Assembly (NCBI GenBank): GCA_964604815.1 | Contig: CAZSBW010000001.1 | Span: 1 to 33,708 of the forward strand | Source of the DNA: an uncultured Salinivenus sp. | GTDB taxonomy: Bacteria > Bacteroidota > Rhodothermia > Rhodothermales > Salinibacteraceae | Direction of reading: 5' to 3' | DNA: 33,708 nt | Shown: in pieces, positions 25,757 through 33,708 of the stretch | Layout of the letters: the number at the start of each line of letters is the position of its first letter | Position numbering within the stretch: the stretch's first letter is position 1 | Translations under genes and position numbers: made by a program | The notes under the pieces: generated by a model | The model's database searches: none | Seen by the model: only the letters and a program-made list of their open reading frames with translations | Told to the model about the DNA's origin: nothing

Positions 25757-27181
25757 ATGAGTATTCCCCTTCCCACCAACGAAGAAGAGCGACTTGCCGC
25801 CCTGGGTACACTCGGCATTCTCGACACAAAGCCCGAAACCACCTTTGATCGGATAACCGAGCTCGCGCAGACCATTTTCGACGTGTCCACGGCGTCAGTG
25901 TCGATGGTCGATCGGGATCGGCAGTGGTTTAAATCGGTGTGCGGCTGGAACGTGAAAGAAACGCCCCGTGAGATTTCGTTTTGCACCTATGCTATTCTCG
26001 ACGATCGTGTGCTTGTGGTGGAGGACACGGCCGAGGACGAGCGGTTCGCGAGCAATCCGCAGATCGACGCCGAGGAAAGCATTCGGTTCTACGCCGGGGC
26101 GCCCCTTGTCCTTGAGGACGACATCCGAGTCGGGACCCTGTGCCTCACCGATGACGAGCCCTGCTCGTTCAGCTCGGAAGAGCGGCAAATGCTCGCTTCC
26201 CTGGCCGACGTTGTCGTGGAGCTCCTCGAAGCCCGCAGGCAAACCTACCAGATCGGCTACCTTACCTCGGCGCTCGAAGAGGCAGAAGACGCAGTCGTCG
26301 TTACGGAGGCGAATCCGATTGACCCACCGGGGCCACGTATCGTTTGGGCCAACGAGGCCTTCTCCCGAATGACGGGCTACGAACGAGAAGAAATCGTCGG
26401 AGAAACCCCCCGAATTCTGCAGGGGCCCGAGACCAGCCGCTCAGTATTGAACAAGGTGCGGAGTGCACTCGAAAACGAGCGCGCCGTCTACGCCGAGACC
26501 GTCAACTACCGGAAAGACGACACGCCCTATGTGGTGGCCTGGCACATCGCTCCGGTTCACAACGAGGAGAATGAGCTCACGCACTGGGTCTCCATCCAGC
26601 GCAACGTGACCGATCAACAGGAGCGGGAGGAGCACCTCAAGCACAAGGCCATGCATGACAGTCTCACGGGCCTCCCCAACCGATACGCCATCCAGAAAAA
26701 CATTCAGAAGGTCCTCGACGAGTCGACGGAAATGAGCACAGGGGCGCTCCTCTACATTGATCTCGACAAGTTTAAACCCATAAATGACAAGTTTGGGCAT
26801 AAAGTGGGAGATGAAGTGCTGATCCGAACGGCCAAGGTGCTTCGGGAGGCCGTGCGAGATCAGGACACCGTTGGACGGCTTGGAGGCGACGAGTTCGTCG
26901 TGTATCTCCCGGAAATAGAGACGGTCAGTGAAGCCCGCATCATTGCCGAGCGCCTACACGACGCCCTTTGCCAGCCGTTTCAGGTCGGTTCCTACGAGAT
27001 CAGCGTTTCGGCCAGCATTGGGGGGACGGTTCGGTTTGCAGCGCACGATACGGTAGAAGATGCCCTCCACGAGGCGGACATGGCTATGTACGAGGCCAAG
27101 GAGTCGTCCGAATGCAGTCTCGTCCTTCGAGGTCCATTCTCTGACGAAGAACAAGTGATGACGTCTCTCCTCCGGGCGTAG
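25757..27181 (+). CDS. GAF-PAS-GGDEF diguanylate cyclase
   Basis: N-terminal GAF (EEERLAAL...FDRIT...RQWFKS...SFC...RFYAGAPL...GTLC), PAS (ANEAFSRMTGY...PRILQG), HDSLTGLPNR, DLDKFKPINDKFGH, RDQD I-site five residues before GGDEF, ADMAMYEAK. Confidence 0.93.
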   Translation: MSIPLPTNEEERLAALGTLGILDTKPETTFDRITELAQTIFDVSTASVSMVDRDRQWFKSVCGWNVKETPREISFCTYAILDDRVLVVEDTAEDERFASNPQIDAEESIRFYAGAPLVLEDDIRVGTLCLTDDEPCSFSSEERQMLASLADVVVELLEARRQTYQIGYLTSALEEAEDAVVVTEANPIDPPGPRIVWANEAFSRMTGYEREEIVGETPRILQGPETSRSVLNKVRSALENERAVYAETVNYRKDDTPYVVAWHIAPVHNEENELTHWVSIQRNVTDQQEREEHLKHKAMHDSLTGLPNRYAIQKNIQKVLDESTEMSTGALLYIDLDKFKPINDKFGHKVGDEVLIRTAKVLREAVRDQDTVGRLGGDEFVVYLPEIETVSEARIIAERLHDALCQPFQVGSYEISVSASIGGTVRFAAHDTVEDALHEADMAMYEAKESSECSLVLRGPFSDEEQVMTSLLRA

Positions 27182-27259
27182 AGCGTATTTTGGCGAAGCA
27201 TCCGGGTCGATAGAGGAGGAAAGAAAGGGACCCCGTTATCGTGAGGAGGGGGCAGGTCC

Positions 27260-27994
27260 CTACACATTGGAACCGGCGTGCGATTCGTCTTTGGTGTCTC
27301 TCTCTTCCGAAGGGCGTTTGTTCGTCTCCTCCATTGGCTGTTCGTGCTCTGAAGAGGTTTCTTCCGCCGACGCTGCATCAAAAACGTCGGCGTGGGGACG
27401 CGGGTGCTCCACCTCTACCGGCTCCGGCTCAAAGCACTGGCGGCAGCGCGGCTCGTAAGCCTCCGTGGCGCCCACCAGCACGCGATCCTCGCCCGGCACG
27501 ATGCGCTGCGAGTGGTTCGCCGGCGCTCCGCAGACCACGCACACCGCGTGCAGCTTGGTCACGTGCTCGGCCACCGCCATGAGTTGGGGAATGGGGTCGA
27601 ACGGATCAGCGCGGTAGTCAGTGTCGAGCCCCGTCACGACCACACGTCGCCCGTCGTTGGCCAACTGCTGGCAGACCTTCACGAGTTCAACGTCGAAGAA
27701 CTGGGCTTCGTCGATGCCAATCACATCGGCTTCGCTCGTCATGAGCAAAATTTGCGACGCCGTGTCGACCGGCGTAGTGGACACCGTGTTTTCGTTGTGC
27801 GAGACGACCTCCTCCTCGCTGTAGCGGGCGTCGAGGGCCGGCTTAAAGACCTCAGTCTGCTGCCGAGCGATGCGAGCGCGGCGCAGCCGGCGGATCAGCT
27901 CTTCGGTCTTGCCGCTGAACATCGATCCGCAGATGACCTCAATCCACCCGGTTTTGCGGTCGCGGTCGACGATGTGGGGTTCGAGAGCGGACAT
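27260..27994 (-). CDS. tdk: Thymidine kinase
   Basis: [46 protein letters not shown]; acidic C-terminal tail; ATG 27994. Confidence 0.96.
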   Translation of the reverse strand: MSALEPHIVDRDRKTGWIEVICGSMFSGKTEELIRRLRRARIARQQTEVFKPALDARYSEEEVVSHNENTVSTTPVDTASQILLMTSEADVIGIDEAQFFDVELVKVCQQLANDGRRVVVTGLDTDYRADPFDPIPQLMAVAEHVTKLHAVCVVCGAPANHSQRIVPGEDRVLVGATEAYEPRCRQCFEPEPVEVEHPRPHADVFDAASAEETSSEHEQPMEETNKRPSEERDTKDESHAGSNV

Positions 27995-28120
27995 GGAGAG
28001 GACAATTCGGGATAAAGACGATGCGCTCCCAAGGTAGCAATCCGGAAGAAAGCATCGCAAGAAGAGGAGAGTGAGAAGCTGTTTGGCGGATTGTCTTCGA
28101 CCTGCGACTTCGTGGATCTC

Positions 28121-28210
28121 GTGCAGAAAGGCTTCTGCGTTCGCCCGGTAGCGCCGCTACAGGGACTCACTTGAGCGCCTTTCTGGCACTTCGCCCACTG
28201 TGTCTCGGCT
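28121..28210. repeat. Structured intergenic repeat, copy B (shorter)
   Basis: GTGCAGAAAGGC (28121-28132) pairs with GCCTTTCTG-G-CAC (28177-28189); shares GGCTTCTGC..TCGCCCGGT, CCGCTAC, GAGCGCC, CCACTGTGT and CTCGGCT blocks with copy A. Confidence 0.75.
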
Positions 28211-28498
28211 TCGAATCCATCCACCAAACAGCTTCTGAGTTCTGAAAACGCTGATCACTGGGAGGATCTTTGGCCTGTAGTCGCACTGGGGAGAATCGAA
28301 ACGTGCGTGGGTATGGTCCTTGCGAGCGCAAATCGCCCTGTCTGGGGGGCGACCGTTTGTTATAGGAGCAGTGCGAGTGCCCTGCGAGCGGGAAATGGAG
28401 AAACGACAGGCGAGGCGGCGCGGTTGAAATTGACAGTACGTTGCGGAGAGTGGCTGACTTTTTCCGGCGCTCTGTTTCCCTGTTGCGTCCTGCCCGTT

Positions 28499-29089
28499 AT
28501 GGATCCTTTAGAAGAAGTGTGCGCTCGCGCCAATGTTGACGCCGACCGCGGCCTAACGGTTGAGAAAATTCGGGACCGCGGTCGTGTGCTCGACGTGACG
28601 GATGACGCTATCGTCTTTGAGGTGGAGCGGCACCGAAGTGCGGGCGGTGCGATGTACCGGGAAGGGCTCGCGATGTCCGCTTTCGTCACCTACTGGCCCC
28701 GCTACCGATACGACCGGACCTCGGGCGAACTCGTCCAGCTGGAGGAGCAACGCCCCCGCGAGTTTGAGTGCGACTACGGAATGCTTGCCGATGAAATCCT
28801 CGAATATGGCTTCGACCTTCGGGTGTATGTCCGGGACGGCGAATGGGTGTGCGAAGAGGGAGCGTTGAACGAAACGGCGAAGGTGGAAGCCGAAGAAGAC
28901 GTGGAGGCTTTTGCCGAACGGATGGTGCGAAGCTGGGACCTGGAAATATATGGGGCAACTCTTGAGGACGTACTCACGGACGACGAGCTCGCGGCGCATT
29001 TCGCAAAGCTCGAGGAGGCATTGGTGGCGGTGGCACGACAGCAGGCCCGAGACGCGTGGCGGCGACGGACAGAGGAGAGCATTTTGTAG
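28499..29089 (+). CDS. Acidic hypothetical protein (196 aa)
   Basis: ATG 28499 MDPLEEVCARANVD...; D/E-rich natural composition, no recognisable motif. Confidence 0.7.
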   Translation: MDPLEEVCARANVDADRGLTVEKIRDRGRVLDVTDDAIVFEVERHRSAGGAMYREGLAMSAFVTYWPRYRYDRTSGELVQLEEQRPREFECDYGMLADEILEYGFDLRVYVRDGEWVCEEGALNETAKVEAEEDVEAFAERMVRSWDLEIYGATLEDVLTDDELAAHFAKLEEALVAVARQQARDAWRRRTEESIL

Positions 29090-29139
29090 GACAGGACCGC
29101 AGCACGAAGGCACTGGTCTGCTGGATGGCGGAGGCCCTG

Positions 29140-30555
29140 TCATTCACTGAGACGGGTACGCATCTTGGCGGCCCACGTGTGCAGGCTGTCGTGATCCGTC
29201 GAAGACAGGTTACCAGAGGCTCGGAGTTCGTCGATTTGACGGAGACAACGGGCAAGATGCCGGCGGGCCTCCTCGCGGTGCCCTTGCCGGATTTTCAGGA
29301 GGGCCCGTTCGGCTTCAATGCGCGGCTCAAGGGTGTCGGCAACGGCCTCGGCCTGGTCGAGAAGCGTGAGGGCCTCGCTGGCTCCAGCCGGTCCGGTCGT
29401 CGTATTGCGTACGGCGATGGCTTTGAACAGAAACGTCTGCGACGTCGTCCACGGGGTGCGAAGGGCGCGATCTAACATAGCGCGGGCCGAGTGAAAGCGA
29501 CGGGCAGCCAGGTCCATCTCGGCCTCGTGCTCGAACACGGCGGCGATGCGAGTGTCGTACGTCGAGTCGGGTGGGGGCAGGGAGATGTCGAGCACGCCCG
29601 GGTTCCAGCCGTTTTCCTTTATGACTGCGGTGAGGGTTTGTCGGCGCTCGGCGTTGGTGCCGGGATGGCTCTGAGAAAAGGACGTGCCGTGCGACGAGCT
29701 GGAGCGCACCTCCGCTCGGCGCAGCGTGCGCAATGCCGTGTAGAGGGCGGTTGGGGAACGGTCATGGGCCAGCAGCCATTTTTGGGCGAGCCGATTGGCG
29801 GCTCGTTCCTGATCCCGATCGTACTTCAGACCCGCCGCCGCGATAAACTCGCGGTCCAGGTACTGGATGGCGAGGTCCGCACTCAAGTCGTAAATTGTTG
29901 ATTCCAGGGGTTGGCGCCCGCCGAGGCCAGGCGCGACGACGGACGTAACGCCGCCGATGACGGACCCGAGGATGTTGCGGGCACGGTTGTTTTGCTTGTT
30001 GGATTGATAGGTGGCGAGGGCGTGGTCGAGCACGACGTGGGCCACCTCGTGAGCCAGAAGGGCTTGAAGTTGAACCCGGGTTTCCAGCGCGGTGAGGAAA
30101 CCGGTGGAGAGAATGATGGTCCCGTCGCTGAGGGCGAGGGCATTGGGCGTGGTGGTGCTCAACACTCGCAGCCGCAAGGCCCCGGGTCGTCCCAGCATCA
30201 TGGAGTTGGGCTGCACGGTGAGAAGCTGGCGCTGCAGGTAGTCCTGCACCTGCAGATTTGTCCAGAAGCCGCTGGCCTCCCCAATGGCGCGCTGGTAGTC
30301 GTTCGTGATCTCACTGAGTTTTTGCCGATCGCCGTATTCCCAGCGAATGGTGCTGTCGCTGTCGGCGCGTTTTTCCAGATGGCGGATCCACGCCCGTTCC
30401 CAAAAATTCGACTCCAGCTGAGTGGCGTACTGCCGAGCCGCTGGAAGGTCAATTTGAGCCTGTGCCGATACGGGAAGAACGAGCCCGATGATTGCGAACA
30501 ACACTCCCCAGGATGGGGTATCCCGACAGTTCAAAGAGTGACTGGAGCGAACCAC
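29140..30555 (-). CDS. Exported M48 family metallopeptidase with C-terminal TPR-like helices
   Basis: Signal peptide ending VSAQA; PNALALSDGTIILSTGFL, HEVAH, DQERAAN, SHPG; Ala/Leu-rich helical C-terminus. GTG 30555 chosen as start; the ORF is open to 30840. Confidence 0.82.
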   Translation of the reverse strand: MVRSSHSLNCRDTPSWGVLFAIIGLVLPVSAQAQIDLPAARQYATQLESNFWERAWIRHLEKRADSDSTIRWEYGDRQKLSEITNDYQRAIGEASGFWTNLQVQDYLQRQLLTVQPNSMMLGRPGALRLRVLSTTTPNALALSDGTIILSTGFLTALETRVQLQALLAHEVAHVVLDHALATYQSNKQNNRARNILGSVIGGVTSVVAPGLGGRQPLESTIYDLSADLAIQYLDREFIAAAGLKYDRDQERAANRLAQKWLLAHDRSPTALYTALRTLRRAEVRSSSSHGTSFSQSHPGTNAERRQTLTAVIKENGWNPGVLDISLPPPDSTYDTRIAAVFEHEAEMDLAARRFHSARAMLDRALRTPWTTSQTFLFKAIAVRNTTTGPAGASEALTLLDQAEAVADTLEPRIEAERALLKIRQGHREEARRHLARCLRQIDELRASGNLSSTDHDSLHTWAAKMRTRLSE

Positions 30556-30699
30556 GACGGATGGAAGGGACGGACTGACGTGAATGAGTAAGTCCGTACC
30601 GGGGCCGACGAGCGGTGATCCATTTTCCGGTCGGAGGAGGACCACAGTCCTTCGTCCCGGGCCCCGACAGGGAGGTGAAGAGACCGAACGCCTGTTCCC

Positions 30700-30988
30700 A
30701 ATCCTCCGCCCTGACCGTCGTTCGCGTCCTGGGTCATCGTTTCCCGCCTCTGGAAAGCAAGCAGACCCTTCCCGGCAGTGCCGTCTACACGAAAGAGGAC
30801 AACGGCTGGATGGGGTTGGTTTTCCACCATCGGTGTACAAACCGAGCGCTTCTCGACGTCGTCACTCTGGAAGACTGGAAGAACAAACGGAAGGAATTGA
30901 AGGCGAGGGGCCGGCAAATTCGCGGGCCAAAACACAGGAACAGATCAACAACCTGCGACGGAGCCCGATTCTACAGGCCGATGCGTGA
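30700..30988 (+). pseudogene. Possible degraded gene fragment
   Basis: Protein-like text ...LLDVVTLEDWKNKRKELKARGRQI continues after a frame change as RAKTQEQINNLRRSPILQADA*; no clear start. Confidence 0.2.
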
Positions 30989-31478
30989 GGAGTCTTCTCG
31001 GCTGATACGCCTATCCTCGCCACTGTGGACGGAGGAGACATGCTCCTTCTGCGAGACGCCAGTGAATGCACCGTCCAAGTGCTCGGGCACGCCAGGGGCG
31101 CTTCGGGATGGGGGAGCGCTACGGTTCTGTACGTGCCCCCACTCTCCAACCGAATGAACGGGGACACGAGGGAGCTCACCGTTAGGGACGGCTTTTCCGA
31201 GCCGTGAGAACGTACATGAGACGTTTCCGGCGAGAGAAAAGATCTCGGATCCCAGAAATCTCAGGTTCCCAGGACTGTGCGTAGCCCGGAAGGAGAGACG
31301 GACGCAGAGAATCTCACACGTGTCGGCGAATCCGATTCACGCTCACGTCGAGCATCCGTAGAATGACTACCGAGTATGAGCCTGGACTGATGAGGTGGTG
31401 CGGACAAGCGTGAGATGAGTGCGTGTCCTTCAGGACCCTGAGCGATCAACGAGAACGGAGGGTCGTTCCAGTCCCGCT

Positions 31479-31676
31479 CTACTTCGGTTCCACGTCGAGT
31501 CGGAGCCAGGCCTGCTCGACGCGAATGGCATTCAGCGCACGCTCAGTCGAGTGATGGACCGACGTCTTCAGGTCTTTGAGGAAGCTCTCATTTCGCCGGT
31601 AGGCGATCACGGCGAGGGACGCAGGCAGTGTCCAGAAAATCGCAACGAAAAGAATGAGGGTCGGCGTCGGGGTCAT
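31479..31676 (-). CDS. Small single-TM hypothetical protein (65 aa)
   Basis: ATG 31676 MTPTPTLILFVAIFWTLPASLAVIAYRRNESFLKDLK...; one hydrophobic helix followed by basic residues. Confidence 0.55.
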   Translation of the reverse strand: MTPTPTLILFVAIFWTLPASLAVIAYRRNESFLKDLKTSVHHSTERALNAIRVEQAWLRLDVEPK

Positions 31677-31845
31677 GGCGGTTGGATCGTTTAGTTCGAA
31701 CGGCTCGATTCGTCTTTCCGTAACGCGCCCAACAAGATTTGCAAGTCCCATTCCGATGTCTCCAATTTGCCCCATATGCCGCACAGAAGCCCCTGCAGAG
31801 AAAAACACCACCTCCAGTAGTTTCGTTTTTACCAGTCGGCCGAAG

Positions 31846-32170
31846 CTATAACAAGTTTTTCCTACCCAGAGAGCGTGTAGGGAGCCCGGCAGGCATCTCC
31901 TCAATAACGCGCGCTGCCTGCACACGTCTCTTTTGGTGAGAGCAGCAGGCAGTTGGGAGTCTGGGCGGGCCTGCTGGATAGGCGAGCACGTCTTTTCTTG
32001 CTCCTCCAACTGCGTGAGGAGGCCAACTGCGCGAGGAAGCGCGCGACGAACTGCTCCACGCCGTCACGCGGGAAGCAGTTGCGCCTCCTATAGAACTTCT
32101 TTCGCTCGGAGTAGGATCAACGAACGCGCATCTTCAGTTCGTAGGACGATTGCTCGATCCGACTCTGCTC
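31846..32170 (-). pseudogene. Possible heavily degraded gene
   Basis: Manual translation: EQSRIEQSSYELKMRVR*SYSERKKFYRRRNCFPRDGVEQFVARFLAQL, then protein-like text in other frames (LLTQLEEQEK / DVLAY / VQAARVIEEMP). Confidence 0.2.
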
Positions 32171-32186
32171 AAAACGGCCCCTCTCC

Positions 32187-32552
32187 ATGCTCATCTACGA
32201 AGTCAATTTGACCGTCGACGACACCGAAGCCACCCGTTACAGCACCTGGCTGCGGGAGCACATCCGTGAGATGCTTGACCTCGACGGCTTCGAGGCCGCC
32301 GTCTGGTACGATCGCCACGAGGACGGCGACACGGTTCCCGAGGACGACGAGCCCACCGGCCCGCGCGAGTGGACCATTCAGTACCAGGTTCGGGACCGCG
32401 AGGCCCTGCGAACCTACTTCAACGAGCACGCCCATCGAATGCGACGAAGCGGAAGCGAGCAATTTACCGATCACGTGTCCCTCGAACGACGCATCTTCGA
32501 ACAGAAGCGTCTCTTCCAAGGTCGACGCAAAGAGGACACCGGTCCAATGTAA
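32187..32552 (+). CDS. DUF4286 family protein
   Basis: MLIYEVNLTVD...WLREHIREML...GF...WTIQY...LRTYFNEHAHRMR...F pattern of this small Bacteroidota-type family. Confidence 0.8.
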   Translation: MLIYEVNLTVDDTEATRYSTWLREHIREMLDLDGFEAAVWYDRHEDGDTVPEDDEPTGPREWTIQYQVRDREALRTYFNEHAHRMRRSGSEQFTDHVSLERRIFEQKRLFQGRRKEDTGPM

Positions 32553-32621
32553 GCGGTCACCTGTGTCTTCAAGTCGACTGCTCCGCGGCGAAACGCGCCG
32601 TCCACACTGGATTCCGCCTGT

Positions 32622-33422
32622 ATGGTCGAGTCCCCGCCCTGCGACGATGTCCGCGATCGGCTCGATTGCGTCGCAGACGAACGCGACGTCGTGGTGCTCT
32701 ACGCCTGCGAGTCGGGAAGCCGGGCGTGGGGCTTCCCGTCCACCGACAGCGACTACGACGTGCGGGTCATCTACGTTCATCCACGCGACTGGTACCTCTC
32801 CATCGACCTGGCCCGGCGCAATGACACGATCGATCCGCCCATCACCGAGAACATCGACCTGCACGGCTGGGATCTGCGCAAGGCGCTCGGCCTCTTTCGG
32901 ACCGCCAATCCCACGCTGTTGGACTGGTTGCAGTCCCCGATTGTGTATCGAGAAGAGGAGGCGGTGATGGACCGCTGGCGCGACCTCCTCCCGAGGTACT
33001 ACACGCCCCGCGCCGCTGGGCACGCCTACCGCGGCATGGCCCAAAGCGTCGCCGAGCAAAATCTGGCCGACGAGCCGATTCAACATAAGACCTACCTCTA
33101 CGTCCTCCGCGCACTGCTGGCCGTGCGCTGGGCCGAGCAGGACCGGGGACCTGTGCCGGTTGCGTTTGACCGCCTCGTCGAGGCGACGGTAGAAGACGAC
33201 GTCCTCCGCGAAGCCATTGACGCCCTCGTGGCCCGGAAGCGAGCGGGCCGGGAGCTCGACGCGGGCCCACGCCTCCCGACGCTCCACGACTTCGTCGAGA
33301 CCGAACTGGACCGGCAGGCCGACGCGCAATTCCCTGACGCAGCCCCCCGACCGGGCACAGGGCTGCTGAACGACTTCTTCCGGGCCGTACTGGACCGGAT
33401 CGCTGACGCCCGGCATCCCTGA
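32622..33422 (+). CDS. RlaP/YcgL-family predicted nucleotidyltransferase (Pol-beta superfamily)
   Basis: YACESGSRAWGFPSTDSDYDVRVIYVH (GS + DxD), DLHGWDLRKALGL, NPTLLDWLQSPIVY, KTYLYVLRALLAVRW. Confidence 0.88.
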   Translation: MVESPPCDDVRDRLDCVADERDVVVLYACESGSRAWGFPSTDSDYDVRVIYVHPRDWYLSIDLARRNDTIDPPITENIDLHGWDLRKALGLFRTANPTLLDWLQSPIVYREEEAVMDRWRDLLPRYYTPRAAGHAYRGMAQSVAEQNLADEPIQHKTYLYVLRALLAVRWAEQDRGPVPVAFDRLVEATVEDDVLREAIDALVARKRAGRELDAGPRLPTLHDFVETELDRQADAQFPDAAPRPGTGLLNDFFRAVLDRIADARHP

Positions 33423-33708
33423 TACCGACGCTGGGTCGAGGGATTGTCCCCCGGCGGAGATACCGTCCCTTCGATCCGCCGGCGTGCACCGGACTACGTC
33501 GGGAGACGACGGGAGGGAAGATAAGCAACCCATCTCCTCAGTTCGCGCTGATGTCGAGCACGCTGTTTAACGGGTGCCCACATCAGTTCGTCACGGCATC
33601 TTCAACGCACAATGAGACGACGTCCGGATCCTTCGCCCGCGGCATGGGTGTGATACACTCTACCTCGTGACAAAGTGGCAGTTGAGAAGGAGGCGCCGGC
33701 TGCCGCTC

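Noticed and set aside
31380-31440. Hammerhead ribozyme core CTGATGAG at 31388-31395
   Set aside because: No stem II followed by GAAA downstream; probably a chance 8-mer.
33583-33708. 3' end of a minus-strand gene entering from the right edge
   Set aside because: Only about 41 open codons with no recognisable motif; cannot be supported.

Overview
High-GC, strongly acidic-proteome bacterial chromosome segment that looks like Salinibacter/Rhodothermota (inferred from the type IX secretion translocon sprA, T9SS C-terminal sorting domains, D/E-rich proteins and absence of Shine-Dalgarno leaders). Core genes: lipB, sprA, a saccharopine/lysine-6-dehydrogenase-like gene, recR, ybaB/ebfC, dnaX and tdk. 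Accessory genes: two large T9SS cargo proteins (a GH31 enzyme and an Asp-box beta-propeller protein), a GAF-PAS-GGDEF diguanylate cyclase, an M48 peptidase, a DUF4286 + RlaP/YcgL nucleotidyltransferase pair and several small hypothetical proteins. I found no rRNA, tRNA, CRISPR array, integrase or transposase. The most unusual signals are non-coding: (1) two copies of a structured intergenic element (25305-25445 and 28121-28210) whose closing stem shows two compensatory base-pair changes and an alternative fold; (2) inverted arrays of degenerate 7-mers filling the ybaB-recR spacer; (3) an anti-SD-like CCTCTCC directly before three start codons. All family calls come from motif recognition by eye; no database search was run.
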